Origin: Amphiscolops sp. MND2022
Taxonomy: Eukaryota
DNA length: 64,000 nucleotides
NCBI GenBank assembly: GCA_964187785.1
Contig: OZ076409.1
Coordinates: 90,832,001-90,896,000 of the forward strand
Direction: 5' to 3'
Positions 22,654-35,100 of the stretch are shown here, piece by piece (within the stretch, counting starts at the first letter, position 1; the number at the start of each line of letters is the position of its first letter). The notes beneath the pieces were generated by a model. The model searched no databases, was not told where the DNA came from, and saw only the letters and a program-made list of their open reading frames with translations. The translations under genes were made by a program, and so were the position numbers.

Positions 22654-25272
22654 TGTAGTGATGTTTGTTGTGGAAAGTGTAGTGACTTGCAACAAGACAC
22701 CCGCTAAACACCGATATATTTTCCACTAAAATGTGACGCATTAGCACGGGTCTGCCAGGCAGACGCACTACAAACTGCGCCACGTAACTAGAATTGACTA
22801 AATGCAGTGATTCGGGGGAATTTGTAAAAAAAAACGCATCAAAGATTATGATTTTCCTCCCCCATTAAATGAGGGCGTGAAGTAATATTACTCGAATTTA
22901 ATTAAACGCCCACACCCTACTCGGATAGATGCCCTACTGGTTTGAAAAAATATGGCTGGTAGTGCCGCTTCTTCTGACAACCACAACCCCCACGTTTGCT
23001 TTAACCTGAAAAAGCCTGATTTGGCTGTTGATCGAATAGGTCAAAGAACACATGAAATAACTTGTAAAGTTCCTAATTACCTGTAATGTTTGCCTTTTCT
23101 TGAACTAGCGTTGTCAAGACGATCCCGTCCTTTGTTAAGCGCTTTGATGTTGCCGCGCTCACAAAATTTAGGACGTGATGATTCTATTTATAGGTGTGAC
23201 GATTTCTACATTTAGCTCTAAAGTTGTGTATAGAATCATGAGCCTTCATTTCTGAGTGTCTCGAGTGTCTTGTCCTGAAGCTATCTCCGAGTAAGAACCG
23301 AAAACATGACGCTATACGTTCGGGCCCTATGAAATGAACCAATCAATGTGATTCGCTGCACGTGCTTTTGGATTTACATAAAAGGCCCAACTTTGATAAA
23401 ACGATTCATTCACTTTTCAATATCTCTCGCTATCCTGACCAAAATCTGAATACGTGACTTGCTTCCCTGCAAGAAAATGAAAATCTCGAAACGCCACTCC
23501 AAGTTTCAGGTAAGTTATTTTCTTTAATTAAGAAAAAACTTCTAAATTGCAAATCAAAACTCCTTTCTTCTTTTCTTTTGCCTGCCTTTATGACAATATA
23601 TCCGCAGTCGAATCGACTGAACAAAAGTTAACCAACAAGATTCTCTTATGAAACCATAGAGAAAATTATCTTGAGCTAAACGCTCCGAAAACCAGTTTCT
23701 CGATATGACACTTATCTCATTTCTGCAGTACGCTTTCGCGTCAAGACTCAGCAACCGATAGTCTAAATTAACTTAATTAAAACTAAAATGCATGTAAACT
23801 TTTAGAGTATTGAGCAGTTCCGACAATTGAGTCCAAAAAGCAACCTAGCTAAAGGCTGGTTAAATAAGACCTTTACTTAACCTAGACTTGCAAGACTTCC
23901 TCTTAGTCTGACAGTAGAAAATCTTGTCTCCCTTGACTTAGCCACTGCTAGTCACACAAGTTATACTCTTAGCAATACTGTGCCGGACCTTAAGTTCGAG
24001 CCTTTGGCAAGCTTGTCCAAACACAAAACATAGCTGAACGCTGGTTAAATAAGATCTTTATTTTACTTAGACTCGCAAGACTTCTTCAAAGTCTTAGCTC
24101 TAGACAATTCTGTCTCCGACCTAGCTATTGCTAGTCAATTAGGTTAAAACTTGTCTATTTAACTCCTCAGCTTCGTATAAGCTAGAGACCGTGACAAACC
24201 TGTCACATTGTTGTCAATAGACTTATTCCATCTCACTAATTTTTTTGAGAAAACTAGAAAAGAACACAAGGTCTGAACAGACTAAAAATCCGACCAAGTC
24301 AGTTCTCGTCGTCCTAACAAACTGTTGGACATATTGGAAACGGAAATTCCATTTTTTACAATATTAAAACAACTTACCTGATCATGGCTTCCTTCTCTCA
24401 TTGATGTATGTATTCATTAAATGACAAATAAATCTGATATTATTGATTGAATATTGGTATCAATTTGGATGATCGTACTATCCTGCTTTTATTGTAATCT
24501 TGCTTTTTGTGTAAAAACAAGTATTGTCGAATGTAACACTCAAACTAGTTCAAATTCTTTTCATAATTTCATGAAATTAAACTCTTCTCCCGAAACAAAG
24601 TCCTTCCTACGAACTCCGAAGACCTACTAGAGACAATTTTTGTAAAGGTTTAGGAAGGCACAGTCGCAAGCTATTTCCTAAACATTTTCACGCACGGAAC
24701 TAAATTCCTAAAATCCTCAACGAACCTTCGCACTGTACTCTCATTTATCCCTTCCTCTAGAAGAGAAAAAGCCGAGGCTAGGAAATCTGAGACATGGATA
24801 TTTTGTCCGATTATGGTAATATGAACGTATTGCTTGCTTCTTAATAAGAAAGCTTGATAATGATATAATTTGCCCGGATAGGCAACAGGACTTTGAGTGT
24901 TACCTAACAGAGGAAGTTCGTTTCAGGAAAACAAGATCAGAATTATCGATAATAGAAATGGCTTTGTTAGGCAAGACGGATTCCAGATTCTATTGAAATA
25001 CTATCAAATGAATTGAAAGCTAGATTGTCCCAGGAAATGGAATTACTAATGAGCCTGATGCAGACACAGATCAACAGGGCTATTAGTTCAGCTATTAATG
25101 ATAGAGTGTTGTCTAAAATACCAAACAAAATGGGTAATTTGCCTTTGGACCAAAACGGCACCAGGACGGGTGCGTCCTTGGATGAGCGAGGTTTCGGTAA
25201 TGTATGGAAAGACCCGAATGCTAAACTTAAAGGGCTCAAGGTACGCATGTGATCTTAGGGAAAATCCTCACA
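22654..25272 (+). repeat. Probable long 3' LTR of the older element, ending in a Gag-N-terminus-like remnant
   Basis: Coiled-coil-like remnant LSNELKARLSQEMELLMSLMQTQINRAISSAIND near 25000-25250, ending at ...CCTCACA. The start at TGTAGTG 22654 is a guess; there is no partner LTR in the window. Confidence 0.4.
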
Positions 25273-25701
25273 GTAGAGATATCTGTCATCATAAAAACCC
25301 AGATACTTGCATGCATTTTTGTACTCAAGATTTTATCCTAAATGAGAACCTAACCAGAATATCTTCTTCCAAATGATACTGATTCACATTTTGTTACATC
25401 ATCTTGCTTTCTTCAAAAAGATAAAAACGTGTTTCGCGGCGAAAATTGTAGATGAAAAAAAATTTTGCTGGTGTAGTTGAAAAAATTAAAACTAGAAGGG
25501 TGGAGAGAATTTCGGATCCTGCATGGTTCCGTAGTTGCACGAGGGAGAGAAACGGTCACTCGAAATAATAATAATCATAGTAGTAGTAAAAATGTTCAAC
25601 ATAATAATCATAGTCGAACAAAGGCACGTTTTTGGTAGCTTCAATTTCTTGTCCATAAATTTCAACTTCACAAATCACAACTCCGTACAAATTGATAACA
25701 A

Positions 25702-25784
25702 CAGACAGACAGTGTTTACGATTTTGAATCAGACAGACAGTGTTTACGATTTTGAATCAGACAGACAGTGTTTACGATTTTGAA
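25702..25784 (+). repeat. 3 x 28-bp tandem repeat in the LINE 5' UTR
   Basis: CAGACAGACAGTGTTTACGATTTTGAAT at 25702, 25730 and 25758. Confidence 0.92.
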
Positions 25785-25832
25785 AAACAGTTGTGTGTTA
25801 CATGATTTCATTGCATTGAAACTAACAGACAA

Positions 25833-26693
25833 GTGACAAATAAGTTCAAAATGTTATCTGAAACAGCTTTCAAGAGCCTGAGCAAAAATGATATGTACGA
25901 TCTTTACCTCAATATTAGTCAGAAGCTGGAACAAAAAGAAAAATTCATTGAAGATTACATTAAATTGCACGTTACCTCAAACAACAAGATTACTGGAGAC
26001 GACAACCGTGCAGAGAAGTACAACAATGGTACCGTGAGTAGCCGTGAATTCCAGCCCTTTCGTCTAAAGAGTAGCGATCAAAATTTAGTCATTGGAAGTA
26101 GCATAGTCGATAGACTCATCCATGATAGAAACATACCCGATGATTCTACTATCCATGCGTTTCGAGGGTCAACAACTAAAGAGAAAATCTCAACGCTGAA
26201 AAAATATGCGGACAAAAATCTCAAAACAGTCATAATTCAAGATGGCACAAATTCAATACTGAAAGAAAAACATACAGAAGCGGAAGAATTATTTGAAGGT
26301 TTTATTCAGCTAGTGGATCTTGTGCAAACTAAATTCAAGCCTGAAAATATTGTATTATGTGAGGTGCCGCCTGTCCAAAACAGTCCTGATGAAAATAAAC
26401 GAATTGACGAGTTCAACAAACTACTGGAAGGGAAATATAACAGCATGGAAGGTATTCAAATACTGGAAATTAACAAAATGGTCAAATCGTTCCAAAACCC
26501 TCGGCAACTTTACTACGATAATATTCATTTCAACAACACAAATGGTCTTCCTTTTCTACGGAACTGTTTACTCTCGCAACTACTGAAAACTTCAACTGGA
26601 GTCTGTAACAAGCGCTACTACCCACAGACAAAAACAGTCAACAGTTACCGAAAAAACTGGAATCGAGGATACTACCCTTTCGGATACAATTAG
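25833..26693 (+). CDS. LINE ORF1p with SGNH/GDSL esterase-like domain (likely ATG at 25851)
   Basis: Blocks VIGSSIV, FRGST, QDGTNSI and DNIH after an N-terminal coiled-coil-like region. Confidence 0.85.
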   Translation: MTNKFKMLSETAFKSLSKNDMYDLYLNISQKLEQKEKFIEDYIKLHVTSNNKITGDDNRAEKYNNGTVSSREFQPFRLKSSDQNLVIGSSIVDRLIHDRNIPDDSTIHAFRGSTTKEKISTLKKYADKNLKTVIIQDGTNSILKEKHTEAEELFEGFIQLVDLVQTKFKPENIVLCEVPPVQNSPDENKRIDEFNKLLEGKYNSMEGIQILEINKMVKSFQNPRQLYYDNIHFNNTNGLPFLRNCLLSQLLKTSTGVCNKRYYPQTKTVNSYRKNWNRGYYPFGYN

Positions 26694-26758
26694 AACCTAA
26701 TGTCACTGGTCTTTTATACAAATCTCCAATTGTGCACGGGCACTTCTAAATTTTTATC

Positions 26759-29700
26759 ATGATGAAAATTTTTGGTAAATTTTTCATCCTTATTAACCTG
26801 ATTTACTTTTTATTAGAAAAAGAAGTGCTTGTGCTGGTAAACGAAGACAAACACAGGACCAATTACCCACGATGTTTCTTTTTTATATCGTTTGATACGG
26901 TAATCTCTCCTAATTATTTATATGAACTATGGCTATTGCTGATGAAAAACGTGAAAACCCTTTATACTTTGTATTCCGAGCGCAAGCTTAAATTAAGTGG
27001 TGATGTTGAAACAAACCCGGGGCCTCAAGTTAACTTCAAGGCCTTAACAAATTTATTCCGGGTCAATAACAAATATTTGAAATTTTTCCACGTAAATGCG
27101 CAAAGCCTGATTAAAAAAAGGTTGACGCTAGAAGATATAACAAAAGATCTTGGTACTAATACTATATATGCTATTTCGGAAACATGGCTAAAAGAAACAG
27201 ATGATTTGAAACTATGGGAAAATAATTCAAAGAACTTCAAAACATTTCGGGCTGACAGAGACACACCGACCAAAGAATGTGGTGGAGGAGTAATGTTGAT
27301 AATTCCGTCCAGTTTGAATCCTAAACTGCGCAATGATCTGAATTACATGAATAAGAAATATTTTGAAAGTCTTTGGATAGAATGCAGTATGAACAATAAT
27401 TCACCCAACAAGCAAAAACAACTCATAAATGTTTCTTACAACCCGAACAAATGTCTATATCATCAATTCCTAGAAGATTTGTCAATCAACATAGATCATG
27501 CAATTGTTGAAAATAAACCTCTGACAATTATGGGTGATTACAATATTAATTATCTCAACACTAGGGAAAAACAAGATTTGGAAACTGTAACTATTCCCTA
27601 TGGCCTGATAGTTAGCAATACTGATCAACCTACGAGGATAAAGGGTACATCAAAAACATTAATTGATTACATCATAACAGATCACAGCAATGCTGCATTT
27701 TTTACACCCATTGTTTCTGACACACCTCTCCGTACCATAGGCAAAAAACCCATTGATCATCTAGCCACGTCTGTGATAACTAAAATTCGAATGATAAAAT
27801 CATCAAATGTTTTTAGAAAAACGATATTTGATAAGAAAACCTATAATAAAGAACTATTCCAATACTATGTTCAAAATTGCGATTGGGAAAATTTCTATGG
27901 ACAAAGTTGTGCAGAAGGCTTGTTCTCAATACTCTCAAATTTCATTGAAAAATCTTTAAACAAATCAATATTGAAGAAAACTGTCTTTATTCGGAACGAT
28001 AAAAGTAACTTAACAATACATCAAAAATGGATTACGGAAAAGACTAAAAAACACTACAAACAAATACATCAAAGTATGAATCCTTCTGACGAAAAATATA
28101 AACTATTCCAGAGCAATTTTATTGAAAGTTTGAACTCTGATCGTAATAATTATCAAACAAAAATTTTTGCTAATCTGTCCAATGATAGAGAAAAATGGAA
28201 TTTTATAAATGAAGCCCGAAGTTCACTAAAAACGAAAACAATAATTTCATCTCTGAAAAATGTTTTTGGCGAAACTGTATTAGATCAAACGAAAATAGCA
28301 AATCTTCTTAACTATAGATTTTCCAAATTGGGTGACTATTTAGGTGGGATAAGAACATTCAATGAGGAACTTATTGATGGACCTATCAGGCATAAAACCA
28401 AATTCAAGTTTAATCCCATTACACTTTTTGAGTGTAAGCAAATAGTGAAGCAGTTAAATTCAAACAAACCGCTCGGACCATCAAATATTCCTGCTTGGGC
28501 GCTCAAAGATTGTCTCAATATTATAGCTGAACCTCTTACCTATTTAATAAACGCATTCTTAGAAGAAGGAAAGTTTCCGAACCATCTTAAAAGGGCACAT
28601 GTTGTACCAATATTCAAAAAAGGTGACACAGAAGAACCAAACAATTATAGACCAATCTCAATCACATCGGCACTTTCAAAAATTTTTGAAAAGGTAATTC
28701 GTAATCGAATGGTTGAATATCCTAATAAGCATAACCAATTAAGTCCTATTCAGTTTGGTTTTCGTGCAAAATTCTCTACAACTGATGCCCTTTTGTATGC
28801 CACTGAAAATATCAGATCGGATATTAACAACAATAAAGTGGCAGCGGCTGCCTTCCTCGATCTATCAAAAGCTTTTGACTCAATTTCTCATGACATTCTT
28901 TTAAAAAAACTTGAAGGTTATCATTTTGATTGCACTGCGATTGCCCTAATCAAAAGCTATTTGACCAATCGAACTCAAAAAGTAGTTCTTCAAAATACAT
29001 CATCAGATTGGATTAGCCTATATCAAGGTGTTCCACAGGGTACCGTTCTTGGACCTCTATTATTCAACCTTTACGTTAACAGTATGCAGAACATAATTGA
29101 CGAAACATGTAAAATAGTCCAATATGCAGACGATATTTTTATTTTTGTTGCAGACAAATCTGTCAATACTGCTAAACAACATCTTGAAAATAATATTGCC
29201 AAATTAGTTGAATATTTCGAAAGTCATAGACTTAATCTCAATGAGGATAAAACCGAATTCATTGTCTTTTGCAAAAATTCCCAGAACAAATTAACAAAAA
29301 ATCTCAAATTACAAGTAAAAAATCACTGCACAAGTCTTAGTCCTTTTGTAAAGTATCTTGGAGTTTATTTAGACCAAAATCTAACTTACGAAAAGGAAGT
29401 AAAACATTTCTTGAAGAAAATGGCCTGTGGTATAAAAACAATCTATGCAGTGAAACAATTCTTGCCGGAAAAAACTTGTCTATTACTTCTAAATGCTCTA
29501 GTTCTTAGTCATCTTCATTATCCAGCAATTTTGCTCCAAGACATTTCACAAAATCTCTTAACGACACTTGAAAAACAATTGAGTTGGGGTGTAAAAGCCT
29601 GTTTTAATCGTCAGAAACATGACTCATCTAGTGATTTGAAAATTAAACACAATATACTTCCAATAAGACTTTTTCTTGACTATAAATCATGTTTTTACTT

Positions 29701-30016
29701 CTGGAAACATCAAAATAACCTACTACCAGCCTTCAGTGGTACTAATATAATACCAACAACTAGAATGAAGTATCACAGTCGAACTAAGAAACTTGTATAC
29801 AAAAATACAAAAATCTCAAATGAATTCATGAGAAAAAGCTTCTTCATAAGGATACTACCCCTGTGGAACAACCTACCATCTTGTCTGGTCAAAAAGAATT
29901 TTTCCTCTGAAACAATTAAAAGCAAATATAAAGCTTTTTTCTCAAATAAAATAGCGGAAGAAATGGAACAGCCAGAACATAGAAAAAAATGCTGGAGAGA
30001 TTACCGCTTTAGTTGA
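26759..30016 (+). CDS. LINE ORF2p: leader, 2A-like peptide, APE endonuclease and reverse transcriptase (1085 aa)
   Basis: SGDVETNPGP. APE motifs HVNAQS, ISETWL, GDYN, LIDY, DH. RT motifs NYRPIS, QFGFR, DLSKAFD, GVPQG, QYADD, KYLGV. Confidence 0.95.
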   Translation: MMKIFGKFFILINLIYFLLEKEVLVLVNEDKHRTNYPRCFFFISFDTVISPNYLYELWLLLMKNVKTLYTLYSERKLKLSGDVETNPGPQVNFKALTNLFRVNNKYLKFFHVNAQSLIKKRLTLEDITKDLGTNTIYAISETWLKETDDLKLWENNSKNFKTFRADRDTPTKECGGGVMLIIPSSLNPKLRNDLNYMNKKYFESLWIECSMNNNSPNKQKQLINVSYNPNKCLYHQFLEDLSINIDHAIVENKPLTIMGDYNINYLNTREKQDLETVTIPYGLIVSNTDQPTRIKGTSKTLIDYIITDHSNAAFFTPIVSDTPLRTIGKKPIDHLATSVITKIRMIKSSNVFRKTIFDKKTYNKELFQYYVQNCDWENFYGQSCAEGLFSILSNFIEKSLNKSILKKTVFIRNDKSNLTIHQKWITEKTKKHYKQIHQSMNPSDEKYKLFQSNFIESLNSDRNNYQTKIFANLSNDREKWNFINEARSSLKTKTIISSLKNVFGETVLDQTKIANLLNYRFSKLGDYLGGIRTFNEELIDGPIRHKTKFKFNPITLFECKQIVKQLNSNKPLGPSNIPAWALKDCLNIIAEPLTYLINAFLEEGKFPNHLKRAHVVPIFKKGDTEEPNNYRPISITSALSKIFEKVIRNRMVEYPNKHNQLSPIQFGFRAKFSTTDALLYATENIRSDINNNKVAAAAFLDLSKAFDSISHDILLKKLEGYHFDCTAIALIKSYLTNRTQKVVLQNTSSDWISLYQGVPQGTVLGPLLFNLYVNSMQNIIDETCKIVQYADDIFIFVADKSVNTAKQHLENNIAKLVEYFESHRLNLNEDKTEFIVFCKNSQNKLTKNLKLQVKNHCTSLSPFVKYLGVYLDQNLTYEKEVKHFLKKMACGIKTIYAVKQFLPEKTCLLLLNALVLSHLHYPAILLQDISQNLLTTLEKQLSWGVKACFNRQKHDSSSDLKIKHNILPIRLFLDYKSCFYFWKHQNNLLPAFSGTNIIPTTRMKYHSRTKKLVYKNTKISNEFMRKSFFIRILPLWNNLPSCLVKKNFSSETIKSKYKAFFSNKIAEEMEQPEHRKKCWRDYRFS

Positions 30017-30439
30017 TTTTATAATTGATGCAATAATAATTTTGTTTTTTAATACTAATCACACTGCCTTTTTTAAGGAAACTAAATGATGTCTCTTTTA
30101 ATTAAGGAATTCAGTGTTTTTTTTACAACTTGGTCTACAACTTTACAATCTAAAGTCGGCGATAAACCTAAGGCTCAAAAAGCGCAAAGTGTAGAAACTC
30201 TGCTCAGAACTTTTATGAAAAGACAAAAAACCTCAAAACACCAAAATATCAAAGTTTGAAAGGGGACCCTTTAGTCTCGTTCGGTTTCGTATGTTGCGTT
30301 AAAAAAGAGAAAATGAGAGGGGGGACCTTCTGCACTACCTTAGATGCATATTCGCTGGCCAGATTTGGGTGTTATTGTAAGCTTGAGGAAGGTTGTTTTT
30401 GTTTCACTCGAACTTTTGCATTTTTGTTCTGAAATTCGG

Positions 30440-31115
30440 CTGGATGGAAACTAGGCTTCTGGGAAAACGTCGTATTCTCAGACGAAACCCGTGTGCGCTT
30501 GAATAGTGATGGCGTTGTGCGGGTGTTCAGGAAAACTGGTCGTCGCTTTTGCCCGAAAAACATACAGGGAATACGCACAGACAAAAGATCTATGATGTTT
30601 TGGGGGGCCATCAGATCAGATGGTAGAAAAATGCTAATTAAATGTCCCGCAACACTCAACAGTTACGGATATTTGGAGATTTTAAAGCAATACGATCGAC
30701 ATTTGAAGATACCGGATTTGGTGTTCCAGCAAGACAACGCCCCAGTACACAAAAGTGAAGTTGTTCGCAATTTTCTGGCCCAAGAGCAATGGGAAGTGCT
30801 GGATTGGCCAGCTTACAGTCCTGACCTGAATCCTATTGAAAATATTTGGGCCATTTTTAAAAAAAGCTTGCGAGGTCAGATTGTTACCTGGGAGAATTTA
30901 GAAGAAAAGGTTATGGAAGTGTGGAACAACATAAACCCTGATGTTGTTCGCAACTTGTACTCATCGTATGAGAATCGTCTGGTGAAGGTAATCAAAAACC
31001 ATGATAGTTTGACGGGATATTGATTTATTATTTGTTTCAACAGTTGTTTCAAATTTTACTGTTCTGAGTTTTTTTTAAAAAATGTTGGTGTACGTAGCTT
31101 TTTGATACCATAGTG
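30440..31115 (+). mobile_element. 5'-truncated Tc1-like (DD34E) transposon: catalytic domain and right end
   Basis: WENVVFSDE, FQQDNAPVH and WPAYSPDLNPIENIW, with 34 residues between D and E. Stop at 31023. Putative TIR ends ...ACCATAGTG at 31115, followed by TA. Confidence 0.88.
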
Positions 31116-32139
31116 TATAATTTTTAGATCTGGCTTGGTTTTAATCTTTACAGAAGTTCAAGTTGCATTAAAATTTCTAGAGTTCGGCTGAAAGAGTAAC
31201 TCAGTTTTAGATCAGCAGTCTGATTATTATTCACGTTGAAGAAAACGAGCGATCTTTAGAAAATTTCTTGTTCAACCTGGATTCGCCCAAAAAAATTAAT
31301 TTCACGCGATTCAACGCATGGAATCATATGTGACTACATGAATCAAGTACCTTGCATAGAATCTTTTAAAAATTTTTATCTGGTTAAAATCTTCAGGCTG
31401 ATTGCCAATAAGGACAGAGAACAAGCCTCTGTCCTCCAGAATAAATTTTCATCTACAGAAAGAATGTTTTTCCTTGGTTTCACTTGTTGAATAGTACCCC
31501 AATTTTAAACTCATTGGTTTCTTGTTCTGAAAACTAATCCACGCTTGTTTCAATATAAGATGTTAGTATGCGATGAGTATGTTATCAGTGATGCTTTTAT
31601 GTATTTATTGTGCATACTTCTCTTGATATTTTTAACGATTAAATCTGTCACAGTAAGTTATAATATCATTTAACAATACGCATGGATTTCGCAATAAGAT
31701 GTGCAGCATCACTAAAACGAAATGATGATATGAGTATATTCGAAGAAAATTTCGGACGCAGTCTGAAACTGTAGCCAGAGTTGGGAGATTTTTGAAATCA
31801 AAGTCCTTATGCTGGATCCTAAAAATTACACAAAACAAGACCCATATAAATATTTTTTAGTTTTTCTCCGAATTCGCCTGTTCCAACGAATTGTTTTTGC
31901 TTCCATGAAAAAGCATGAAAATTTGGAATTTCAATTACTTAGAACTTTGTCATTCCTTTCACTGCAATTGCATGCATCGAAGCACTTGGAAAGTGTGAAT
32001 CTCATGCTTCCATGGATGCAATCCCATGGAATTCTGCCGATCATACGGTTCCCTGCATGGAATTCATCAAAATTCATGGAAACTTTATGAATTCGGATTG
32101 CAGGAGTTTAGCATGTCTTAATATTTTCTCGACTCTAAC

Positions 32140-35100
32140 CCACAATAAAATCCACAGCATTCATTACAGCTACGTATTTTACCGAAACCCAGGAAGTATA
32201 GAGCAAAACTGTTGCGTCGGCAGAGCGCTCTTCACACATAATCCAATTTGACGCACGACCATCGTGCACATGTTCTGTTTTTTCGTACAGAGTTCGCGAT
32301 TCCTCAAACGCTTCTGATACGTAGGCAACCAAAATCTCCAACTTCTGCATGGCTTCATTGTCATTTTCTGAAGCAATCAGTGAATCGAATCTAAAAACAT
32401 CGACATTTGGCCCATGAAATTTTGGACGAAAAACCTGAAAAACATTACACTGACAAAAAAAAACAAAAATTGATTGCCAAGAAAAAAGAACTAATAGGTT
32501 TGTTTCCTCATTTTTACTAATTTTCAACTATATTTTTAGCTGGCACTTTTAGTTAAATAAATGGGCCCATTTGTAACAAACACTCGTTTTTATTCTTTGT
32601 GACAGATACGATTGCAATGGAAACGGATAAGGTGGTCGGTTGGAAATTGCTGGCATTTGGTAGAGCAGCTAAAATCTTCGCTAATAAAGACGGATGACAT
32701 AGATCCAAAACGTTTCAATTTGAACCGAAAATCGCATTGTCAAAACATGATTCAAATGGCGCAAAAACGGACGAAATAGGCATAAAAGTCGGACTAAATT
32801 TTACTTCTCTTTTCATCAGTCAAGAATATTCCCTAACATTCCTTCATTATCGAATGAATCTCGGCACCAAAAATTCATGAAACATGCTTGGACAAGGGAT
32901 GGAAAATTATTAATTGCAAACATGAGATCTGTGTCCGGATGATTTCATCGATGAAGATATTAAAATTTTGTTATAACTGCTAGTTATAACTGCTGTATAG
33001 TCAAGCAACTAACCATCTGTTTTGCCGAAGACCTTAACTTCACATAAATGCAGAGGCTGACGAAGGTAGTGGGTTAGTTGGATTTGGTCTCCAGACACCA
33101 CTCCGCCAGTGCAGTACACTCCCGAAGGCTTCCCTGCTTCCGTCTTGGTCGCAATTCCACACGGTCTACACTTCCCCACAGTCGAACAAACATCCACAAA
33201 AATACCTTCCGCTAGATTGCCTGAATTAAGTAAACTAATTGGTTGAAAAATTTTGAAAGTAAGTTTTTATAGCTTTTCTGATTTCGGAAACCAAATGATT
33301 GCCCAAACTATCATGCTTTCAGTATTGAATTAGGTTCACGTTTCATAGCTAACAGGTATACCAAAATTATCACTGAATTTTAGAAAATATTTTTTCATCC
33401 AAAAAGTGACTAATTTTAGTAGTTTTTCACAATGTCCAAAAAATGCTCAAGGAAATGACGCCCAAAGGGTAATAACGTCAATAGAAAACTACGATAACGT
33501 AGTGAGCTTTGTTCACAATACCTTTAGTGCGCTAAATGCAGGAGCGAAGCGAAGCGGAGCGACGTACCAATTTTAGTCCAGCCGCAGGTTTTGACGAAGG
33601 CCGACGTGGACGGCGCGAATCGCCCCGTAAGGAGTAATGGCGAGTCATACAACCAATATAAAAATTACGGTTGCTATGACTAATAATTCTTAATAACAAT
33701 ACATGTCTCTCATATGGGCTTTTTTGCTTGAGCGTTTTTCCTCTAGGCAATCTTTCCTGGAATCGTTTTTCACTTCCCCGAAAAACAAAAGTTGTCACTG
33801 CAAATTTAAACAGCTTTGATGTTTTTGGGCAGCTTGTTAGATTGTTTGGTGGTCAAAATACTTGGTGGGCAAAAAAGCCCATATGAGATACATGTATTGT
33901 TATTAAGAATTATTAGTCATAGCAACCATAGCAAAAAATAACTAGTAGTTATTTTTTGCTTAATGAGATGACCATGAGCTAACAACGCATTTTCAATCGT
34001 ATCACAATTTGAGTTTTTCAAAAAAAATAAATGGTTGTACTTGTTCCACTAGATGCCCCATATATGTCGACATGTGTCACCAAAGACCAATGAATGGAGA
34101 ATTGTAGCCATGGCTTGATTCCGGCCTCAGATAAGTAACACTGGAATTGAACTCGATCTGCAGTCGATGCTTCTAATTGGCCATCAAAAAGTCTTGACAT
34201 ACCCCCTGTGTACAAGAGACCATCGGCCCCCATCCAGGCTCCATTATGAGCATCAATCTCACGAACTGACGCCGCAATCAGAACTGAAAAAAGGTGCCTT
34301 TCAACCCTTTATCTGAACTTCCAGCTGATTCCCAGAACCATCGTTTTATCATTTATGTACTCAGAAAAACTCCAGTACGGAAAACCTAACACAAGAAAAT
34401 TCAACACAGAAAAATTCGAGACTTTGTTATACAGAAAGTCAACATGAAAATTCAAAACAGAAAACTCAACACACTTTCGCACTTCACATGGGAAAAACTA
34501 ATCAGTATGTCTCATCTAAGTGATTTGTGACTTTGGACTAGTTATGTTCTCACCTGGTTATTCCACTGCCTCACGGATTATTCTAAATCCATTTTTCCGC
34601 CATTTTAACCTTAACTTGGCCAATGTGCCAAATTTGGCACATTTTGTTTCTGCAAATTCTTAACGCACCAGCTGATTGTATGGTAAAGCAAACCCTTTAA
34701 TAAGAGTTTCAGACAATATTGCATAGCATTCGGCGCCTTTTCACGGAAAATTGACGTGATGTCTCCAAAACCCAGAAAATGACGCGAAAAAATCAAAAGA
34801 AAAATAAGTGCAGATTTTCCGTTTTCCCAGTTTTCGTTTGTGCCCCTTTTATCCCACTGGTATCAACATTGGGTCAAAGCGTCCCCAGCATGTTTTGAAA
34901 CATGCTGAAAAGCAAGCAGAGACACGACGCGTGCAAAGTTTTGGCGCAAAGTTCGGAGCCAGTGCGGCGAAGCCGCACGCCAGCGGAGAACTTCGCGCAA
35001 AAAATTTTGCGCGCAAGGGGCCCGCGCTAGCGGGCCCCAAGGCCAGCAGTTTAAAAATTGATTTGAAAGCCCCAATGCTCCTCTTTCGAACGCTGTATAA

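Larger units (their letters stand above)
25530..30100 (+). mobile_element. Non-LTR retrotransposon (CR1/L2-group-like LINE) with intact ORF1 and ORF2
   Basis: Esterase ORF1 followed by APE-RT ORF2. Ends are approximate; no 3' tail or TSD was recognised. Confidence 0.9.
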
